The position numbers and the translations under genes were made by a program. 33,823 nucleotides of DNA from Clostridia bacterium. GTDB taxonomy: Bacteria; Bacillota; Clostridia; Oscillospirales; Acutalibacteraceae. The DNA is taken from NCBI GenBank assembly GCA_024404125.1, contig JAKSQL010000001.1:1-33823 (forward strand), read 5' to 3'. The notes beneath the pieces are model-generated. The model saw nothing but the letters and a program-made list of their open reading frames with translations. It ran no database searches and had not been told where the DNA came from. Positions 18,712-27,471 of this stretch are shown here, piece by piece (positions within the stretch are counted from its first letter, which is position 1; every line of letters starts with the position of its first letter).

Positions 18712-19446
18712 ATGAAAAAGTATTTAAGAAAAACCTTTATACTTTTTACGGCATTCACAATGTTTTTGCTTTGTGCTTGCAGTAAGGTAGATAAGAATTA
18801 CGGCGAAAAGAAAGAGGAAAATCCGCAAAAAGAGAATTCTTCCGTTGTTTCAATTCCTGAAATCAAATCTACCGATACGGTTATGCCCCTTTATTTTGAT
18901 ATAAGTCTTTATGACGAAGAAAACTATTCAAAAGAATATTTAGGCGAAGATTTCAAGTATAACATTACGGTGGACGGTACAAATCTTAAACTCCCCGTTA
19001 AGTATTCGGAAATAGAGAAGAGCGGTTGGAAACTCGCCGAAAGCGAGCCGTATAACGAAGAATCCACGGTACTTGCAGGCAAGCAACTTAAAGTTCACCT
19101 TATAAATGAGTACGGCAGTATGCTTGACTGTGTATTTTACAACGATTCAAAATCGTCGAAGCCGCTTAAAAAGTGTATGCTTGTAACCTTTGAAATAGAG
19201 GAAAACAAACTTATTGCACCCGATACCGCTTACGGTCAGTTTTGGATAAACGGTGTAAGCAATTTATCCGCCGTTACCGATGTTATCGAGTATTTAGGCC
19301 CTCCGTCACATTTTTACGCGATAGCGGAAAATAATTATTATCTTGATTATTTCCGTACCAAAGACAATAAACGTTCGGGCATTACGGTATATATAGACAC
19401 TGTTAAGGACTGCGTTACAAAGATAACGGTTTCGGATTACGAATAA
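18712..19446 (+). CDS. Lipoprotein of unknown function
   Basis: Signal peptide with a lipobox (FLLCAC). The ATG at 18712 follows AAGAGG. I recognise no domain. Confidence 0.65.
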   Translation: MKKYLRKTFILFTAFTMFLLCACSKVDKNYGEKKEENPQKENSSVVSIPEIKSTDTVMPLYFDISLYDEENYSKEYLGEDFKYNITVDGTNLKLPVKYSEIEKSGWKLAESEPYNEESTVLAGKQLKVHLINEYGSMLDCVFYNDSKSSKPLKKCMLVTFEIEENKLIAPDTAYGQFWINGVSNLSAVTDVIEYLGPPSHFYAIAENNYYLDYFRTKDNKRSGITVYIDTVKDCVTKITVSDYE

Positions 19447-19451
19447 CAAAA

Positions 19452-19484
19452 CGGCTACTGTCATTAGACGGTAGCCGAGTTTTT
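19452..19484 (+). terminator. Intrinsic terminator after the lipoprotein gene
   Basis: CGGCTACTGTC-ATTA-GACGGTAGCCG stem with one G-U pair, followed by a short spacer (AG) and TTTTT. Confidence 0.75.
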
Positions 19485-19498
19485 AAGGGGATAAAATT

Positions 19499-20689
19499 AT
19501 GGAAAAGTGCTTTTTTTCGGCAGATATACTTTTGCCGAAAACAGATTTTGATAAATGGGCGGTAATCGCCTGCGACCAGTATACAAGCGAGCCGGAATAT
19601 TGGGAAGAGGTTAAAAAAACGGTAGGTGACTGCCCTTCGGCGCTTAACCTTATTTTGCCTGAAGTGTATTTAAGTGACGATAATACCGCGCGTATAAATA
19701 AAATAAATGCCAATATGCAAAAGTATTTAAAAGACGGTATTTTAAACGAGTACAAGCAAAGTTACATATATATTGAGCGCACTCAGAATGACGGTAGGGT
19801 ACGTAAAGGAATAATAGGTATGATAGACCTTGAGGCGTACGATTATTCGCCCGACTCAAAAAGTGCGATACGCGCCACCGAAAAGACTGTTATAAGCAGA
19901 ATACCTCCGAGAGTAGAGATAAGAAAAGGTGCACCGCTTGAAATACCTCACGTTATGTTGCTTGTCGATGATGACGAAAATATACTTATAGGCAGTATAG
20001 AGGAAAACAAAGATAATTATAAACTGCTTTACGATTTTAAGCTTATGCAAAATTCCGGCAGTATAAAGGCATTCCTTGTAAATAAAGAGGATAATGCCTT
20101 AATCGAAATGAGCATAGAAAAGTTATCAAAAAAGCATAATGACCTTACTTTTTGTGTAGGGGACGGCAACCATTCTCTTGCAACGGCAAAGGAATGCTAC
20201 AACCAAAACAAAACCGAACTTTCGCGTTATTCTTTAGTTGAGGTTGTGAATATTCACGATACAGCGCTTGACTTTGAGCCGATTTACAGGGTGCTTTTCG
20301 GCATAGAGCCCGAAAAGGTAATAGCCGATTTTAAGCAGTACTGTAAAAATCTTTCGGGCAGTAAAAAAGAGTACAGGTGCATATACGGTGACAAAGAGCA
20401 AACTTTTTTTGTTAATTCGCCCGAGGTGCAAAGTGTTGCTACCCTGCAAAATTTTCTTGACGAATACTTAAAAGAAAACAAAAATGTCACATTGGATTAT
20501 ATCCACGGTATAGAGTCACTTAAAAAACTTTGCAAAAAGGAAAACAGTTTGGGTTTTATATTTAAGGGAATTGAAAAAGGCGATCTTTTTAAAAGCGTAT
20601 GTTCTGACGGCTCTTTGCCGCGAAAGACCTTTTCAATGGGTCACGCCTGCGATAAGCGCTTTTACATAGAAGCAAGAAGAATAAAATAA
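19499..20689 (+). CDS. DUF1015 family protein
   Basis: 396 aa. ACDQYTSEPEYW and VGDGNHSLATAKE resemble the conserved DUF1015 (COG4198) blocks as I remember them. AAGGGG RBS. Confidence 0.7.
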   Translation: MEKCFFSADILLPKTDFDKWAVIACDQYTSEPEYWEEVKKTVGDCPSALNLILPEVYLSDDNTARINKINANMQKYLKDGILNEYKQSYIYIERTQNDGRVRKGIIGMIDLEAYDYSPDSKSAIRATEKTVISRIPPRVEIRKGAPLEIPHVMLLVDDDENILIGSIEENKDNYKLLYDFKLMQNSGSIKAFLVNKEDNALIEMSIEKLSKKHNDLTFCVGDGNHSLATAKECYNQNKTELSRYSLVEVVNIHDTALDFEPIYRVLFGIEPEKVIADFKQYCKNLSGSKKEYRCIYGDKEQTFFVNSPEVQSVATLQNFLDEYLKENKNVTLDYIHGIESLKKLCKKENSLGFIFKGIEKGDLFKSVCSDGSLPRKTFSMGHACDKRFYIEARRIK

Positions 20690-20698
20690 AAAAGTAAG

Positions 20699-20733
20699 CG
20701 GGAGACGGATTTTATCCGTCTCCCGTTATTTTG
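20699..20733. terminator. Bidirectional intrinsic terminator (DUF1015 gene / GH13 gene)
   Basis: Perfect 12-bp stem CGGGAGACGGAT-TTT-ATCCGTCTCCCG, with a T-rich tract on the + side and an A-run on the other side. Confidence 0.85.
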
Positions 20734-20735
20734 TT

Positions 20736-22586
20736 TTAGTAAATAAAGCAAAATTCGTTTGTTTTAAGCAAAAGTTTTTCGCTTTCGGGCTTTACACCTA
20801 AAACGTGTTTTGCTTTTTTGTAATAGCCGTCAAGTTTTATTTCTCTTCCATTTCCGCTTCTGTTTACGGCAATCAGTGCTTTAACGTCACCCTTTATCCG
20901 CTCATAGCATAAAAATCCATTATCTTCATAAAGCGGAGAGTACTGACCGTCAATAAAAGCGCTGCAATCTTTTCGCATCTTGCCGAGTGCTTTATAAAAA
21001 CTCAATAAATCGTTATCTATATTATCCCAATCGAAATATTTCCTGCAAAACGGGTCGGAGTATCCGTAAGTACCCGCTTCGTCACCGTAAAACACCGATG
21101 GCACACCGGGTAGAGTGTACTGTACTACCGCAGCAAGTTTTAAAAGGGACTTTGCAGAAGAGTACTGGCTTTCATTCAATGTCTGTTCTGCCTGCCAATC
21201 GCGGTCGGGGTTTTGCCGATAGGTATCAGAAAGCAAGGTAAGTGCGCGTGCGGTATCGTGTGTGCCTATGTGGTTCATATTAAGGCATAGCGCCTGCGGC
21301 GGATAGTTTAAGCAAACTGATAATACCGTTTCGTTTAAATTTTTTGAATTGCCGTTTTTAATAAAGTCACAAATCGCGTTTGCAAAGGGATAATTCATAA
21401 CAGAGTCAAGTTGACTTCCGAGTAAAAATTCCCTTCTTTTGCCGTAACTTATTTTATTTGTGGCATCTTCCCAAACCTCGCCTAAAAGGAAATTATCTTC
21501 ACTTTCCTCTTTAATGCTTTTGCGTATCTTTTCAAGAAAACAGTCGGGCAGTTCGTCTGCAACGTCAAGCCGATAGCCCTTAACACCTAAATTAAGGTAG
21601 TGCTTTAAAACACCGCCTTTGCCCGTTATAAATTCGGCAAAACTTTCGTTTTCCTCCACCGTTTCGGGAAGAGTTTTAACACCCCACCAACTTTTGTACT
21701 TTTCGGGATATTCTTCAAATTTATACCACTCAAAATATTGCGAATTCACACTTTGGTATGCGCCCGTACTTTCGTATCGGTTGTATTTGTTAAAGTAAAT
21801 ACTGTCGTCTCCCGTATGAGAAAACACACCGTCAAGTATTACCGAAATGCCGTATTTCTTTGCCGCTTTGCAAAGTTCTTTTAAATCGTTTTCGTCACCC
21901 AAAAGACTGTCAATTTTTAAGTAATCGGCAGTGTTGTAACGGTGGTTTGAATGCGCTTCGAAAATTGGGTTTAAGTATATAAGAGTTACGTTAAGTTTCT
22001 TTAAGTAGGGCAGTTTTTCGGTTATGCCCTTGATATCGCCGCAGAAATAATCATTGCCGAGAGTTTTTAATTTTTCGCTTTGCCTGTGCTCTGGTATTGC
22101 TGATTTATCGGTTTGAATAAAGCGGTCACTTGGCACGTTTTTCTTTTCTTTGCCCGAACAGTAAAACCTGTCGGGGAAAATCTGGTATATTATGCCGCCT
22201 TTAAGCCAATCGGGAGTTTTAAAATTTTTATCGTATACGGTAAGTTGAAACAAATCTTTTAACTCTCTGTCAAAAGTTCCAAGACCGCCGTCTGTTTTTG
22301 AAACAAAAAAGTCCCCGTACTCGCTTTCGTATTTAAAGGCGTAAAAATAAAGTCCCGTATCCTTTAAAACTGTACGTTCAAAAATGCGGTAGTTATCAAT
22401 TGCACCGTTTTCGGTCATTTTAAGGTACTCAAATTCTTCGCCGTCCTTTTTAATCAAAAGAAAAGCATTATAACAGTGCGCATCATTATGCACAAGTAGC
22501 CGTAGCGTGATACTTTCGTCACTTGCTACGGCTGATAATTTTGAACGGTATAAAATTTTTCTTTCGTCAAAAGGATAATAATTCAT
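20736..22586 (-). CDS. GH13 alpha-glucosidase family enzyme (neopullulanase / cyclomaltodextrinase / maltogenic amylase-like)
   Basis: GGIIYQIFPDRF, GYRLDVADE (nucleophile), GEVWED and GTHDT conserved regions. Has an N-terminal extra domain and no signal peptide. Confidence 0.88.
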   Translation of the reverse strand: MNYYPFDERKILYRSKLSAVASDESITLRLLVHNDAHCYNAFLLIKKDGEEFEYLKMTENGAIDNYRIFERTVLKDTGLYFYAFKYESEYGDFFVSKTDGGLGTFDRELKDLFQLTVYDKNFKTPDWLKGGIIYQIFPDRFYCSGKEKKNVPSDRFIQTDKSAIPEHRQSEKLKTLGNDYFCGDIKGITEKLPYLKKLNVTLIYLNPIFEAHSNHRYNTADYLKIDSLLGDENDLKELCKAAKKYGISVILDGVFSHTGDDSIYFNKYNRYESTGAYQSVNSQYFEWYKFEEYPEKYKSWWGVKTLPETVEENESFAEFITGKGGVLKHYLNLGVKGYRLDVADELPDCFLEKIRKSIKEESEDNFLLGEVWEDATNKISYGKRREFLLGSQLDSVMNYPFANAICDFIKNGNSKNLNETVLSVCLNYPPQALCLNMNHIGTHDTARALTLLSDTYRQNPDRDWQAEQTLNESQYSSAKSLLKLAAVVQYTLPGVPSVFYGDEAGTYGYSDPFCRKYFDWDNIDNDLLSFYKALGKMRKDCSAFIDGQYSPLYEDNGFLCYERIKGDVKALIAVNRSGNGREIKLDGYYKKAKHVLGVKPESEKLLLKTNEFCFIY

Positions 22587-22588
22587 AA

Positions 22589-24991
22589 TTATTTAACGGG
22601 TTTTATATGCCAGATGTTTTCGGCATAGTCTTTTATCGAACGGTCTGCCGCGAAAATTCCCGATTTTGCGATATTTACAAGCGACATTTCGTTCCACTTA
22701 TACTTATCTTTATAAAGTTCGTTTATTTTTGCCTGCGCGGTGCAGTAATCGGAATAATCGGCAAGCGCCATATATGTGTCATTCGATTTTAAGGTTGATA
22801 CGATATGGTCAAACGGTTTGCCGTCAATACCCCGGCCGATAAAATCAAGGGCTTCACGTAAGGACTGATTGTTGTTGTAATACTCCATAGGTGAATATCC
22901 GCGCTTTTGCAGTTGTAAAACCTCGGGAGTACGCATACCGAAAATTATGATGTTATCATCGCCTACCGCCTCGTGAATTTCGACGTTTGCGCCGTCCTCG
23001 GTACCGAGTGTAATTGCGCCGTTCATCATAAATTTCATATTACTTGTTCCGCTTGCCTCTGTTGAAGCAAGTGAAATTTGTTCGCTTATTTCCGCCGCGG
23101 GTATCATAAGCTCGGCAAGTGTTACGCGGTAATCCTCAAAGAAGATAACCTTCATTTTACCGTTTACCGCGGGGTCTGAATTTATAACTTTTGAGAGTTT
23201 GTAAATCATTTGTATTATCTCTTTTGCAAAGAGATAACCGCTTGCGGCTTTTGCGCCGAATATATAGGTTTTGGGCGTGAATTCGGCATTCGGGTTGTTT
23301 TTAATATAGAGATAATCGCTTATAATGTGAAGCGCGTTAAGGTGTTGACGTTTATACTCGTGCAACCTTTTAACCTGCATATCAACAATAGAATCAGGGT
23401 TAATACTTATTCCGTAATTTGATGAAATAAAGTTTGAAAGACGCACCTTATTTGAAAGTTTGATTTCGGCAATTTTATCAAGTACCGCCTTATCGCCTTT
23501 ATACTTCATAAGATTTTCAAGTTCCGATGCATCTTTTATAAAGCCGTTACCTATAAGTTCGCAAAGCAGTGCCGTAAGTTCGGGATTTGCCTGACACAGC
23601 CACCTGCGGTGAGCAATACCGTTTGTAACGTTGGTAAACTTTTCGGGAGTCATTTTGTAGTAATCGTTAAAGAGTTCGTCTTTAATAATATTACTGTGCA
23701 GTTTTGAAACACCGTTTACGGTATGGCATACCGCAACACAAAGGTTTGCCATACGAACAACACCGTTTTGAATAATCGCGGTACGTTCGGAAAGCGCATA
23801 GTCACCCGTAGTGTTTATTACGTGTTCGCGGTATCTGCGGTCAATTTCCTCAACTATCTGATAAATTCGGGGTAGGCGCTCTTTAAAGAGTTGTATCTGC
23901 CAGCATTCAAGTGCTTCTGACATTATTGTATGGTTTGTATATGCAACGGTTTTGGAAACAATATCAAATGCCGTTTCCCACGAATAACCGCATTCGTCAA
24001 GCAATAAGCGCATAAGTTCGGGTATAACAAGGGTTGGGTGGGTATCGTTAATGTGGATGGCCACCTTTTCGGGCAGATTATCAAGTGTATTGTATTTTCT
24101 CATATGGCGCGCCAAAATATCCTGTACCGAAGCGGATACAAGGAAGTATTGCTGGCGCAGTCTTAAAGACTTGCCCTCCATATGATTATCTTCGGGGTAT
24201 AAGACCTTTGAAATTGCCTCGGCGTTTGCACGTTGCTCGAGTGCGCGAACGTAGTCACCCTGATTAAAGGCGCTCATATTAAAGTCCTGACATTCGGCAC
24301 TCCAAAGACGCAAAACGTTTACGGTTTTACCGTCTTTACCTGCAACCTTAAGGTCATACGGAACGGCGTGAACATTACTAAAGTTCTTATGCTCAACGTG
24401 GTGATAACCGTTATCCCACCACTCGTCAATATATCCGTCAAAGTGAACGTCTACCGAAGCGGAGGGCCTCGGCTCTAACCATACACTACCGCCGGGAAGC
24501 CAAAAATCAGGCATCTCGGTTTGCCAACCGTCTACAAGTTTTTGACGGAATATGCCGAGTTCGTACTTTATGCAATAACCCCTTGCCGAATAACCGCCGG
24601 TTGAAAGACCGTCAAGGAAGCAGGCGGCAAGTCTGCCAAGACCTCCGTTGCCAAGTCCCGCATCGGGCTCAAATTCATAAAGGTTATCAAGTTTAACTTT
24701 GTATTTTGCAAGCGCCTTTTGCATCTTTTCGGTAAGGTCTAAATTGTACAGGTTGTTTTTAAGCGACCTGCCCATTAAAAATTCCATACTTAAATAATAT
24801 ACTGTTTTTGCCTCGCTCGCATTTACCGATTCTTTAAATTTTGCTTTGCGCTCACTCATAATGTCAAGCAAAACGAGAACGCACGCTTTGTAGAAAATTT
24901 CGTCTGATGCTTCGTTCGGCGCAACACCGAAATTGTGCGAGAGTTTATGCTCAAGCATATTGCAAAGTTGACTTGTAGTATAATCCGCCAT
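22589..24991 (-). CDS. glgP: Glycogen/maltodextrin phosphorylase
   Basis: EASGTSNMKFMMNG pyridoxal-phosphate lysine motif. About 800 aa. The ATG at 24991 follows AGGAG, so the track's extension to 25123 is unlikely. Confidence 0.93.
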   Translation of the reverse strand: MADYTTSQLCNMLEHKLSHNFGVAPNEASDEIFYKACVLVLLDIMSERKAKFKESVNASEAKTVYYLSMEFLMGRSLKNNLYNLDLTEKMQKALAKYKVKLDNLYEFEPDAGLGNGGLGRLAACFLDGLSTGGYSARGYCIKYELGIFRQKLVDGWQTEMPDFWLPGGSVWLEPRPSASVDVHFDGYIDEWWDNGYHHVEHKNFSNVHAVPYDLKVAGKDGKTVNVLRLWSAECQDFNMSAFNQGDYVRALEQRANAEAISKVLYPEDNHMEGKSLRLRQQYFLVSASVQDILARHMRKYNTLDNLPEKVAIHINDTHPTLVIPELMRLLLDECGYSWETAFDIVSKTVAYTNHTIMSEALECWQIQLFKERLPRIYQIVEEIDRRYREHVINTTGDYALSERTAIIQNGVVRMANLCVAVCHTVNGVSKLHSNIIKDELFNDYYKMTPEKFTNVTNGIAHRRWLCQANPELTALLCELIGNGFIKDASELENLMKYKGDKAVLDKIAEIKLSNKVRLSNFISSNYGISINPDSIVDMQVKRLHEYKRQHLNALHIISDYLYIKNNPNAEFTPKTYIFGAKAASGYLFAKEIIQMIYKLSKVINSDPAVNGKMKVIFFEDYRVTLAELMIPAAEISEQISLASTEASGTSNMKFMMNGAITLGTEDGANVEIHEAVGDDNIIIFGMRTPEVLQLQKRGYSPMEYYNNNQSLREALDFIGRGIDGKPFDHIVSTLKSNDTYMALADYSDYCTAQAKINELYKDKYKWNEMSLVNIAKSGIFAADRSIKDYAENIWHIKPVK

Positions 24992-25048
24992 AAAACTTCT
25001 CCTTGTGATATATAAGAATTTATATTCCATTATATTATTTACTCTATA

Positions 25049-25077
25049 ATAATACAATATTCGTTTGCGTTTTTCAA
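25049..25077 (-). promoter_or_regulatory. Candidate promoter of the glgP-GH13 operon (TTGAAA-17 nt-TATTAT on the minus strand)
   Basis: Hexamers read on the minus strand, about 50 nt upstream of the glgP ATG. Confidence 0.45.
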
Positions 25078-25215
25078 GTAATTTCTTGTACCTGATTTTT
25101 GCGATATTTAGTATAAATTGCACAACTTTTTTGTAATACTGATTATTTGCCGAAAAATTATTTATGCAATTATTACAATAAATAATTATTTTTAAGTCGG
25201 TGAAGGTGCTCGTCC

Positions 25216-25244
25216 TTGCAAAATAACTCCCGCAATGATATACT
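25216..25244 (+). promoter_or_regulatory. Candidate promoter (TTGCAA-17 nt-TATACT) for the membrane protein gene
   Basis: Hexamers at 25216-25221 and 25239-25244. This places the track's ATG at 25235 inside the promoter. Confidence 0.45.
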
Positions 25245-25267
25245 TAAAACATAGGGGAGATGATACT

Positions 25268-25882
25268 TTGAACGAAATGGCAGAAGCATTAAAGGGTTTT
25301 ACCGATATACCGATAGCGCTTATTTCGCTTTTGTTTTTTATTTTGCTTTTAAAAGGCGAGAAAAACGAATGGCGCGGGGTATTTTTGCTTACAACGGTTG
25401 CGGCGTTTATGGGCGCCGCGGTGCATATTCTTAAGTTTGAAAATTCGGAAAAAACTTTGATATGGGTAATTTTATACGTATTGCTTTTTGAACTTATCAG
25501 GCGGTTTTCTTTGGCTATGATAAACTTTATTACCGAGAAAAACTCTTATGAAAAATCCGCGGTATATCTTTTTGAGTCGGTACTCTACCTTACCGCCGTT
25601 TTTGGACTTTTCTATTTCCCGAAGTACGATATATTCGCTCTGGTCGCTTTTTCGGCACTTGCTTTTATAAGGGTGTCAGTATGTTTGTTTAAAACAAAGA
25701 GACCTAAAAAATCCGCCGTAGTGCTTATGTTTATACTCCTTTTACCGATAGTTCTTCAAGCGCTTTCAAAACTCATTCCTTATGCGGTAGTTTTTGAACA
25801 TATAATAATCGCATTGGCATTGTTTATAGGTTTTAAAATAGCAAAAAGCAGCGCGGCAGATGCCGATAAACGCAATGTATAA
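25268..25882 (+). CDS. Polytopic membrane protein of unknown function
   Basis: About 6 hydrophobic segments. GGGGAG RBS at 25254-25259. The start is TTG at 25268 or ATG at 25277, and the 25235 start is probably too far upstream. Confidence 0.6.
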   Translation: MNEMAEALKGFTDIPIALISLLFFILLLKGEKNEWRGVFLLTTVAAFMGAAVHILKFENSEKTLIWVILYVLLFELIRRFSLAMINFITEKNSYEKSAVYLFESVLYLTAVFGLFYFPKYDIFALVAFSALAFIRVSVCLFKTKRPKKSAVVLMFILLLPIVLQALSKLIPYAVVFEHIIIALALFIGFKIAKSSAADADKRNV

Positions 25883-25918
25883 AGGTTTTATTTATATGAA
25901 TCAAGATGTGTGTTTTAG

Positions 25919-25947
25919 TTGCATCTTTTACCGTTTTTTGGTATAAT
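25919..25947 (+). promoter_or_regulatory. Orphan promoter (TTGCAT-17 nt-TATAAT with TGn extended -10)
   Basis: Hexamers at 25919-25924 and 25942-25947, with TG at 25939-25940. No conventional gene lies downstream. Confidence 0.5.
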
Positions 25948-25953
25948 GAATTC

Positions 25954-26041
25954 GTTAAAAATAAACTTTAAGAATGTGTTTAAATGAAAAAGATAATATC
26001 GCGACGGCGGTAACTGTAAGTTACCGCCGCCTTGTCTTTTT
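25954..26041 (+). ncRNA. Candidate ~90-nt small RNA, or leader with a 9-codon mini-ORF (MKKIISRRR, 25984..26013)
   Basis: Bounded by the orphan promoter and the terminator at 26005-26041. There is no good RBS before the mini-ORF. Confidence 0.3.
26005..26041 (+). terminator. Intrinsic terminator-like hairpin
   Basis: 11-bp stem CGGCGGTAACT-GTA-AGTTACCGCCG, followed by CCTTGTCTTTTT. Confidence 0.6.
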
Positions 26042-26076
26042 AGTTTAATATAAAGTATATAGGTCTGATAGGATAT

Positions 26077-26319
26077 TTATTTGTTTAAAAATTCTTTAAT
26101 TTTGTTCTTTGCAAAATTAAGGTCGCCGCTTGTCAGCACCGTAATAAATCCGTTAATTTCATCAACTGATTTATCCCACCACTTCCATTCAAGCATTAAC
26201 GATATCAGTTCGTCCCCTTGTGTTCATTTTTTGCCTGGTAGACAAATAGCGTTTCTCTCGTGGGACCGACACTCAAAATGGAACCGGTCTAAAAACCTGA
26301 TTTTCTTTAGTTTTTTCTT
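26077..26319 (-). pseudogene. Protein-like reading frame continuing from the SGNH gene past its stop (80 sense codons, one internal TGA, no start codon)
   Basis: Hand translation gives KKKLKKIRFLDRFHFECRSHERNAICLPGKK*TQGDELISLMLEWKWWDKSVDEINGFITVLTSGDLNFAKNKIKEFLNK*. It is in frame with 26320..27045. Confidence 0.35.
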
Positions 26320-27045
26320 TTACAATTCATTTACAACATCTATTATCTTCTTTAAAAGTTCAGGATTAAAATCCTCAAAATCCACAGCGTCGATTTTTTT
26401 ACCGATCATTGTATGCAACCAAGTTGCCGCCGCTGCATATCTTCCGTAATTCAAAGATAAATGAAAGCCGTCACGACAAAGGGACAAACCACCATTTTGA
26501 TAATCAAATTCGGGGACTGTTTCACGCAAATTTTGAATCGCTTTACCCACCGGTATTAATGCGGCGTGAATGGATTGGGCAGCCATCTTGGTTGTCTGTT
26601 TGATGCGGTTGTACATCTCGGCTTGGTCATGGTTATAATTGGCAAACCCGCCGCGATCGGAGTCGATCTCATACGCCCATGTTTGATGGAAATACAGTTT
26701 TGCATCAGGCTGTAATTCTCTGACCATATTTGCCAGCGACGACAGATACGGCTCGTAGCTTTCAGGGATGCCGCTTTTGTGACTGACCTGCTGAAGTGTA
26801 ACGATATCCCACGTTTCTAATTTTAACGCTTCTTCAATGCTAACACTTCGTGTTCCTACATTTCCGTTAAGTTCTAAACTATAGTATCTATTATTTTCTT
26901 CAGCATTTTTCCAATGCGTCTCTAAACTACATCCACCGATATAAAGGTTTGCTGTTTCTATATCAAACCCGCTAAGCTTGGCTAATTTATGAAGCCATTT
27001 ATGTGCATCTTGCGAAAAACTGTTGCCTATAGACAGGATTTTCAT
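26320..27045 (-). CDS. SGNH/GDSL-like hydrolase (DUF4886-like)
   Basis: Block I IGNSFS (Ser nucleophile) and block V RDGFH (Asp-x-x-His). AGGAG RBS. Its ATG overlaps the upstream stop (ATGA). Confidence 0.75.
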   Translation of the reverse strand: MKILSIGNSFSQDAHKWLHKLAKLSGFDIETANLYIGGCSLETHWKNAEENNRYYSLELNGNVGTRSVSIEEALKLETWDIVTLQQVSHKSGIPESYEPYLSSLANMVRELQPDAKLYFHQTWAYEIDSDRGGFANYNHDQAEMYNRIKQTTKMAAQSIHAALIPVGKAIQNLRETVPEFDYQNGGLSLCRDGFHLSLNYGRYAAAATWLHTMIGKKIDAVDFEDFNPELLKKIIDVVNEL

Positions 27046-27338
27046 TTTTTATTCTCCTTGTCAAGCCGATAATTTCTAATATAAAGACACAAATCGATTC
27101 CAACCATAATTAAATTCAATACATAAAAGAAAAGCACATACCATTTTGAAGAAAAAGACATCATATATGCCTCGTTTAAAAGTTTTGAAATGATACCTGC
27201 TATATAACCAAAGAAAATCAGACACAAAAACGCCAGACTTTTTCCTTTAGTTGTTCTTGCTTTATAAGATTTAATAACATTGAGCGGCCAAGAAGCTCCA
27301 AAGCTTACGATCATAACAACTTCCAAAAATTCAGCCAT
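27042..27338 (-). CDS. Small 3-TM membrane protein, PQ-loop / SemiSWEET-like
   Basis: 98 aa with three hydrophobic helices. ASWPLNVIKSYKARTTKGKS resembles the PQ-loop segment of SemiSWEETs. The ATG at 27338 lies 7 nt after AGGAG, whereas the track's TTG at 27344 abuts the RBS. Confidence 0.6.
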   Translation of the reverse strand: MAEFLEVVMIVSFGASWPLNVIKSYKARTTKGKSLAFLCLIFFGYIAGIISKLLNEAYMMSFSSKWYVLFFYVLNLIMVGIDLCLYIRNYRLDKENKK

Positions 27339-27361
27339 AATCAATCTCCTTTTGTATTTTA

Positions 27362-27390
27362 ATATTACAACCGATTTACCATATTGTAAA
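27362..27390 (-). promoter_or_regulatory. Candidate promoter of the 3-TM/SGNH operon (TTTACA-17 nt-TAATAT on the minus strand), overlapped by the inverted repeat TTACAA-N13-TTGTAA (27365..27389)
   Basis: Hexamers and the inverted repeat were read directly. This geometry is typical of a LysR-controlled divergent promoter. Confidence 0.45.
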
Positions 27391-27417
27391 TCATCAAATT
27401 AGTTATAATACCATAAC

Positions 27418-27446
27418 TTGAAAGTTAATATATTTTGTAATATAAT
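27418..27446 (+). promoter_or_regulatory. Promoter of the LysR gene (TTGAAA-17 nt-TATAAT)
   Basis: Hexamers at 27418-27423 and 27441-27446. AAGGAAG RBS and the ATG at 27472 lie downstream. Confidence 0.55.
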
Positions 27447-27471
27447 GATTATAGAAAAGGAAGTGTTTATC

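Noticed and set aside
25059-25078. cre-like sequence (minus strand CTTGAAAAACGCAAACGAAT) overlapping the glgP promoter -35, suggesting CcpA control of the glucan operon.
   Set aside because: It deviates from the cre consensus (TGWAANCGNTNWCA) in spacing and in the right half-site. It is too weak to call without a scoring matrix.
25131-25178. Inverted repeat TTGTAATA ... TATTACAA separated by 32 nt in the divergent glgP / membrane-protein intergenic region.
   Set aside because: It is an 8-bp AT-only repeat in a very AT-rich region, so chance occurrence is plausible. The inner sequence pairs only discontinuously.
26081-26449. 122-aa + strand ORF.
   Set aside because: It lies antisense to the SGNH hydrolase 3' end and to the protein-like minus-strand frame. 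Its S/F/I-rich sequence is typical of a shadow ORF, and it has no RBS.
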